Assembly (NCBI RefSeq): GCF_001457615.1
Contig: NZ_LN831024.1
Span: 2,700,001-2,732,000, forward strand
Source: Pseudomonas aeruginosa
GTDB taxonomy: Bacteria > Pseudomonadota > Gammaproteobacteria > Pseudomonadales > Pseudomonadaceae
Direction of reading: 5' to 3'
Length of the DNA: 32,000 bases
Of the stretch, positions 25,352 to 32,000 are shown in pieces. The first letter of the stretch is position 1. The number at the start of each line of letters is the position of its first letter. Position numbers and translations under genes: made by a program. The notes beneath the pieces are model-generated. The model worked only from the letters and a program-made list of their open reading frames with translations. It searched no databases and was not told the origin of the DNA.

Positions 25352-26278
25352 ATGTTCTCGATGCGCCGACTCTTGCGCCCGGTATTCTGCGCCGCGCTCT
25401 TCTGCCTGTACCCAGCGCTGGTCCAGGCTGCCGCCGAAAGCGAAATCCTCGGCCTGTTCCAGCGCTGGCAGGCCGCCCACGGGCAACGCAGCGGCAAGGC
25501 CCTGGAAGGGGTCTATGCGCCGCGCCTGGACTACTATGGCCGCGCGCAGACGCGCGAGCGCACCCTCTCCGCCAAGCAGGCCTTCTTCGCCCGCCATCCC
25601 GACTTCGAGCAGCGCATCGTCGCTGCGCCGCAGATCGTGCCGGGCGACCAGGAAGGCCGCTACGAGGTGCGCTTCGTCAAGCAGGTACGCCTCGACGGAC
25701 GCCTGCGCAACTATCCGGGGCTGCTCCTGGCCGAGCGCGCCGGGCCTGGCGATACCTGGCGCTTCGTCGGCGAGAGCGACGAGATCACCCGCTACGCCGT
25801 CGACCCGCGGTACACCCCGCTGGCTCGCGGCCGCTTCGCCGGTACCGAGGCGGACTTCGCCTGGGTAGTGGCCCACGCGCCGAACAGCGCCGCCTTGTGC
25901 GACGAATACGAGGATTGCCGCTGCGACCTCTGGAGCGCCGACGCGCGCGTCCCGCCCAAGCCGCTGGGCAGTTGCACCGGCGCGGTGCTCAGCGTCCTCG
26001 GCGGCCTCGACGACAGCGGCCGCGAGCGCCTGCAACTGCTGCGTACCTGGTGGACCAGCACCTGGACCAAGTCGTCGCTGCTGGAAATCCGCGACGGCGA
26101 GTGGGTGCGGGTGCTGCCGGACATCTCCACCACCTGGGACGACGCCGAGGCCGAACTGGTGCTGTACAAGGCCGACCCGCAGCAGCCGGGCCGGGTGCTG
26201 GTGACCGAAACCGTGATGGACGACGAGGGCGACTGGAGCCACCGCACCCGCAGCGAGGCGCTGCGCCCCGTACCCTGA
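25352..26278 (+). CDS. Exported hypothetical protein with nuclear-transport-factor-like N-terminal region
   Basis: Signal peptide MFSMRRLLRPVFCAALFCLYPALVQA; ILGLFQRWQAAHGQRSGKALEGVYAPRLDYYG; good coding character. Confidence 0.75.
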   Translation: MFSMRRLLRPVFCAALFCLYPALVQAAAESEILGLFQRWQAAHGQRSGKALEGVYAPRLDYYGRAQTRERTLSAKQAFFARHPDFEQRIVAAPQIVPGDQEGRYEVRFVKQVRLDGRLRNYPGLLLAERAGPGDTWRFVGESDEITRYAVDPRYTPLARGRFAGTEADFAWVVAHAPNSAALCDEYEDCRCDLWSADARVPPKPLGSCTGAVLSVLGGLDDSGRERLQLLRTWWTSTWTKSSLLEIRDGEWVRVLPDISTTWDDAEAELVLYKADPQQPGRVLVTETVMDDEGDWSHRTRSEALRPVP

Positions 26279-26359
26279 CGCCGGCCCCTTGGGCTGGGCG
26301 GCGCCAGGCCGTACAATCGACGGCTTTATGGCGAGCGTCGCCGCAGTCCAGGTTCCCGC

Positions 26360-27895
<1,536 letters not shown>

Positions 27896-27902
27896 AGCGG
27901 GC

Positions 27903-29645
27903 TCAGCCCTCGCTGGAATACACCGGCTTGCCGGCGAACCAGGTCTTCAGCACCTTGGTTTCGCCCAGTTGCGTCTCCGGCACCTCGAACACGTCGCGGT
28001 CGAGGACGATGAAGTCCGCCTGCTTGCCCGGCTCCAGGCTGCCGATCCGGTGCTCCAGGCCGATGGTCCGCGCAGCGTTGCGGGTGTAGGCGTAGAACAT
28101 GGTCTGGCGGTCCAGGCGTTCGCCGGCGTTGAGCACGCCCTGCGGGCCCTTGCGGGTCACCGCCTGCTGGATGGCCTTCCACGGCGACAGGCTGGACACC
28201 GGCCAGTCGCTGGCCCCGGCGATGGTCGCGCCCTTGCTCAGCAGGGAGTGCGCCGGGTACTGGTAGCGGTAGGCGAAGGCACTGATATAGGGCTTCATCA
28301 GGTCCACCGTGGTTTCGTCGGCGGCGGCCCAGTACAGCTGCATCGAGGCGATCACGCCAAGCGGCCTGAAGCGCTCGAACTCCTTGGGATTGACCAGTTG
28401 CAGGTGGGTAATCGAATGGGCGATGCCGCTGTCGCGATCGCGCCGCGCCTGCTGCATGCCGTTCAGCGCCTCGCGCACCGCGCGGTCGCCGATGGCGTGG
28501 ACGTGGACCAGCCAGCCGCGGGCGTCGGCGGCGCTGACCAGTTCGCCGAAGTGCGCCGGGTCGATCAGCAGTTCGCCCGTCTTCCTGCTGTTGCGGTAGG
28601 GCTCGAGGAGCGCGGCGGTCTGCGCCGGGTATTCCGGTACGCCGTCGGCGAACACCTTGATTCCCGGCAGGGTCAGGTTGGGGCTGCCGAGGAAGCGCTG
28701 GCGCACCTTGTCCAGCACCTCGAGGTCGGTCGGCCGGCTGCGTGGGTTGGCGACCAGGAGGGCGGCGACGTGGGCACTGAGTTCGCCGCTCTTGGCCAGC
28801 CGCTGGTAGACCGGTAGCACGCCGACGGTGTTCTCGTCGGGCCTGAGGCTGAACAGGGCATCGCCCGGCGAGCCATTGGCGGCCGGGTCCATCCATGCGG
28901 TCAGGCCCAGCGAGTTGCTGTAGCGCACCGCGCTGCGTCCGGCTTCTAGCATCTGTTCCGCGCTCGGCGCCGGCAGTACCGCGAGCACCGCGTCGAGACC
29001 GGCATCGGCGAGGAAGCCGTTGGGGGTGGCGTCGGCGTCGTGGCCGATGGTGTTGCGCTGTTCCTCGGGCAGGGCGCGGACCCGCGCGGCGTCGATGCCG
29101 GCGCGTTTCAGCATGGCGGCGTTGGCCCAGCCGGTGTGGTGGTCGCTACCGATGAAGGCCAGCGGCTGGTCGGCCCATTCGCCGTGGTCGAATCGCGCTC
29201 GGAAGTCCTTGACCTGGCTCCAGTAGGCGGTATGCATGCCGCTGACATTGAGCATGTCGCCATGTCGCGCCTTGCCGTTGTCGCGCCAGGCGCGCAGGCG
29301 CCGTTCCAGTTCGTCGAGGCCGACCTGTTCGTTGCCCATGTCCGCGCCGGCCAGCTCCAGGCCGCCGAACACCGCGTGCGAATGGGTGTCGATCAGGCCG
29401 GGCATCAGGCGCTTGCCGCCGAGATCGACGACCTGGCTGTCGCCATCGGCCAGGGCGCGCAGCCCGGCCTCGTCGCCGACTGCGAGGATCCGCCCGTCCT
29501 CCACCGCCAGGGCCTCGGCGAAGGGTTGCTGCGGATTGGCGGTGAAGATCCTGGCGTTGACCACCAGCAGGTCGGCGGCGCCGAGGGCGTGCAGGGGGAT
29601 GGCCAGGCAGGCGCCGGCGAGGAGGGTGGGAATCCGTTGCTTCAT
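27903..29645 (-). CDS. Exported amidohydrolase
   Basis: Signal peptide MKQRIPTLLAGACLAIPLHALG; GLIDTHSHAVFGG, HVHAIGDRAV, ITHLQLV, GASDWPVSSLSPW, GSLEPGKQADFIVLDRDVF. Confidence 0.9.
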   Translation of the reverse strand: MKQRIPTLLAGACLAIPLHALGAADLLVVNARIFTANPQQPFAEALAVEDGRILAVGDEAGLRALADGDSQVVDLGGKRLMPGLIDTHSHAVFGGLELAGADMGNEQVGLDELERRLRAWRDNGKARHGDMLNVSGMHTAYWSQVKDFRARFDHGEWADQPLAFIGSDHHTGWANAAMLKRAGIDAARVRALPEEQRNTIGHDADATPNGFLADAGLDAVLAVLPAPSAEQMLEAGRSAVRYSNSLGLTAWMDPAANGSPGDALFSLRPDENTVGVLPVYQRLAKSGELSAHVAALLVANPRSRPTDLEVLDKVRQRFLGSPNLTLPGIKVFADGVPEYPAQTAALLEPYRNSRKTGELLIDPAHFGELVSAADARGWLVHVHAIGDRAVREALNGMQQARRDRDSGIAHSITHLQLVNPKEFERFRPLGVIASMQLYWAAADETTVDLMKPYISAFAYRYQYPAHSLLSKGATIAGASDWPVSSLSPWKAIQQAVTRKGPQGVLNAGERLDRQTMFYAYTRNAARTIGLEHRIGSLEPGKQADFIVLDRDVFEVPETQLGETKVLKTWFAGKPVYSSEG

Positions 29646-29767
29646 GGTGGTTTCCTTTGCTTCTTGGTCTTGTGTAGCGTGGCCCGGGCAAGGCGAGACT
29701 AGCCAAAGCGCCGGCCCGGCAGAACCGGGCGCGACGCACAACACTTGTGCCGGAACGGAAGGAGTCG

Positions 29768-30691
29768 ATGGACAAATTGAATGCCCTGGCGATGTTCGTC
29801 GCCACTGCCGAAACCGGTAGCTTCAGCCGTGGCGCCGAGCGCCTGGGCAAGACGCCCTCGGCGCTGACCAAGGCCGTCGCCCACCTGGAAGCGGAACTCG
29901 GTGCCCGCCTGTTCGAGCGCACCACCCGCAGCCTGGCGCTGACCGAGGCCGGGCAGATCTACCTGGAGGCGGCTCGTCAGTCCCTGGAAACGCTGCGCAC
30001 GGCGGGGCAGGAGATCGAACTGCTGGAGTCGGAGTTGCGCGGCGAACTGCGCCTCGCCGCGCCGCCGTCGTTCGCCGCGGCGTTCCTCCAGCAGGCCTGC
30101 GCCAGCTTCCTCGAGGCGCATCCGCGGATCAGCCTGCGGGTGGACCTCGACGAAACCTTCCTCGATCTCAGCGAAGGCGGCTACGACCTCGGCCTGCGCG
30201 ACGGCCCCATCGACCTGCCGGGGCTGGTGGCGCGGCCGCTGGCGCCGAATCAGATCGTGCTTTGCGCCAGCCCCGCCTACCTGGCGCGGCAACCCGCGCC
30301 GCAAGGCCCGGAGGACTTCGAGCGGCACGCCTGGCTGGTCTTCCAGCACCCTTCGCTGAACCAGAACTTCTGGTGGATGGAGCGCGACGGCGCCCGCCAG
30401 CGTATCGACCAGCCGCGCCCGCGACTGGCCAGCGACAACTACGACTTCCTGCTCGCCCACCTGCTGGCCGGGCTGGGCCTGCAGTTCTGCCCGCAGTGGA
30501 GCGTCGCGCCGCTGCTCGGTGAAGGGCGGCTGGTGCGCCTGCTCGGCGACTACCACTTCGACCCGGGGCCGTTCGGGCCCTCCATCCATGTCCTCTATCC
30601 GGGGCACCGGCGCAACACGCGGAAGGTCCGCGCGTTCCTCGAGCACCTGCGCGCCAGCTTGCAGCGACAGGGGCTGTGCCATCGGCTGTAA
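29768..30691 (+). CDS. LysR-family transcriptional regulator
   Basis: MDKLNALAMFVATAETGSFSRGAERLGKTPSALTKAVAHLEAELGARLFERTTRSLALTEAG. Confidence 0.9.
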   Translation: MDKLNALAMFVATAETGSFSRGAERLGKTPSALTKAVAHLEAELGARLFERTTRSLALTEAGQIYLEAARQSLETLRTAGQEIELLESELRGELRLAAPPSFAAAFLQQACASFLEAHPRISLRVDLDETFLDLSEGGYDLGLRDGPIDLPGLVARPLAPNQIVLCASPAYLARQPAPQGPEDFERHAWLVFQHPSLNQNFWWMERDGARQRIDQPRPRLASDNYDFLLAHLLAGLGLQFCPQWSVAPLLGEGRLVRLLGDYHFDPGPFGPSIHVLYPGHRRNTRKVRAFLEHLRASLQRQGLCHRL

Positions 30692-30724
30692 CGCTTCGGT
30701 TACGAGTGGAACGAATTCGTTCCG
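30687..30724. promoter_or_regulatory. Two adjacent GcsR-type operator sites
   Basis: TGTAACGCTTCGGTTACG (30687-30704) and TGGAACGAATTCGTTCCG (30707-30724) resemble TGTAACG-N4-CGTTCCG. Confidence 0.75.
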
Positions 30725-30787
30725 ATTGCCGGAAAAACCTTTGCTGTCAGGCGTTTGCGCTCTGGTTCGGGAAATGTCCGGCGGGTC

Positions 30788-30805
30788 TGTAACGAAAGCG
30801 TTCCA
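30788..30805. promoter_or_regulatory. Third GcsR-type operator site
   Basis: TGTAACGAAAGCGTTCCA matches 13/14 fixed positions of TGTAACG-N4-CGTTCCG. Confidence 0.75.
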
Positions 30806-30870
30806 TGGCGGCCCTGTCCGGGTTTCCCCCGCGCCCGGCCACGCCCCGTGGCGACAGGGTCGGGGCCGCT

Positions 30871-30886
30871 TGGCACCCTGCTTGCT
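30871..30886 (+). promoter_or_regulatory. Sigma54 (-24/-12) promoter of gcvH2-gcvP2
   Basis: TGGCACCCTGCTTGCT: TGGCAC-N5-TTGCT, located upstream of gcvH2 and downstream of the enhancer sites. Confidence 0.85.
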
Positions 30887-30949
30887 ACGGGCAGCCGCAG
30901 AACAAAGTCCCGTCCCGACCGGGCGACCCGCTGACAATGAGGATCCAGC

Positions 30950-31333
30950 ATGAGCAAGTTGCGCTTTACCACCGACCACGAATGGCTGCGCCAGGACGAC
31001 GACGGGCTGCTGACCGTCGGCATCACCGCCTACGCCCAGGACGCCCTCGGTGACGTGGTATTCGTGCAGTTGCCGGAACTCGGCGAACACGCCGCCGGCA
31101 GTGAAGTGGCGGTGCTGGAGTCGGTCAAGGCCGCCAGCAACATCCTGATGCCGCTGGACGGCGAGGTGGTGGCGATCAACGACGCGCTGCCGGACGCCCC
31201 GGAGCTGGTCAACCAGGATCCGCTCGGCGAGGCCTGGTTCTTCCGTTTCCGTCCGGCCGACGCCGGCGCCTGGGAAAAGCTGCTCGACCAGGCCGCCTAC
31301 GACCGCCTGCTGAACGCCAACGCCGACGCCTGA
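30950..31333 (+). CDS. gcvH2: Glycine cleavage system H protein
   Basis: [65 protein letters not shown] lipoylation motif. Confidence 0.95.
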   Translation: MSKLRFTTDHEWLRQDDDGLLTVGITAYAQDALGDVVFVQLPELGEHAAGSEVAVLESVKAASNILMPLDGEVVAINDALPDAPELVNQDPLGEAWFFRFRPADAGAWEKLLDQAAYDRLLNANADA

Positions 31334-31343
31334 GGATCCCGCC

Positions 31344-32000
31344 ATGACCGATAACCTGAACCTCGGCGCCATCGACCTGGGCACCGACGACGAATTCATC
31401 GCCCGCCATATCGGCCCGCGTGCCGCCGACACCCAGGCCATGCTCCAGCGCCTGGGCTACGACTCGCTGGACGCGCTGATCGGCAACGTGATCCCCGACA
31501 GCATCAAGGGCAGCAGCGTGCTCGACCTGCCGGCCGGCATGGGCGAGGCCGAGGCGCTGGCCAGCCTGAAGGCGATCGCCGCGCGCAATCGCGCGTTGCG
31601 TTCCTTCATCGGCCAGGGCTACTACAACTGCCACACCCCGGCACCGATCCTGCGCAACCTCCTGGAGAACCCGGCCTGGTACACCGCCTACACGCCGTAC
31701 CAGCCGGAAATCTCCCAGGGCCGCCTGGAGGCGCTGCTGAACTTCCAGACCCTGGTCAGCGACCTGTCCGGCCTGCCGATCGCCAACGCCTCGATGCTCG
31801 ACGAGGCGACCGCCGCCGCCGAGGCCATGACCTTCTGCAAGCGTCTGTCGAAGAACCGCACCAGCCAGGCATTCTTCGCCTCCCGCCATTGCCACCCGCA
31901 GACCCTCGACGTGCTGCGCACCCGTGCCGAGCCGCTGGGCATCGAGGTGGTGGTCGGCGACGAGAGCGCCATCGAAGACTTCTCCGCCTACTTCGGCGCG
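31344..32000 (+). CDS. gcvP2: Glycine dehydrogenase (decarboxylating), P protein, 3'-truncated by window end
   Basis: Translation [103 protein letters not shown]. Confidence 0.93.
   Translation, partial: MTDNLNLGAIDLGTDDEFIARHIGPRAADTQAMLQRLGYDSLDALIGNVIPDSIKGSSVLDLPAGMGEAEALASLKAIAARNRALRSFIGQGYYNCHTPAPILRNLLENPAWYTAYTPYQPEISQGRLEALLNFQTLVSDLSGLPIANASMLDEATAAAEAMTFCKRLSKNRTSQAFFASRHCHPQTLDVLRTRAEPLGIEVVVGDESAIEDFSAYFGA

Overview
High-GC Pseudomonas chromosome segment whose gene order and proteins match the P. aeruginosa region running from dsbD2/dsbG through the gentisate cluster, foxI-foxR-foxA-foxB and gcsR to gcvH2-gcvP2. The species call comes from recalled synteny; no search was run. 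The core blocks are: (i) dsbD C-terminus, thioredoxin-like protein, dsbG and a lone cytochrome P450; (ii) a divergent LysR / five-gene gentisate catabolic cluster; (iii) the ferrioxamine cell-surface signalling system with two Fur-box-like sites; (iv) an enterochelin-esterase-like enzyme, a secreted protein, gcsR, an amidohydrolase, a LysR regulator and gcvH2/gcvP2 with a sigma54 promoter and GcsR-type operators. Between blocks iii and iv lies an accessory island (about 15.3-21.7 kb) of mosaic composition. It holds a YD-repeat/Rhs-type protein split into two adjacent genes, each with its own signal-peptide-like N-terminus. The second ends in an unusual ~107-aa tail with 11 cysteines. It is followed by small membrane and immunity-like ORFs interspersed with two related ~150-170 bp MITE-like elements with inverted termini. 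This split Rhs, cysteine-rich tail and small-ORF array is the best candidate for an undescribed system. All functional claims for it are inferences.
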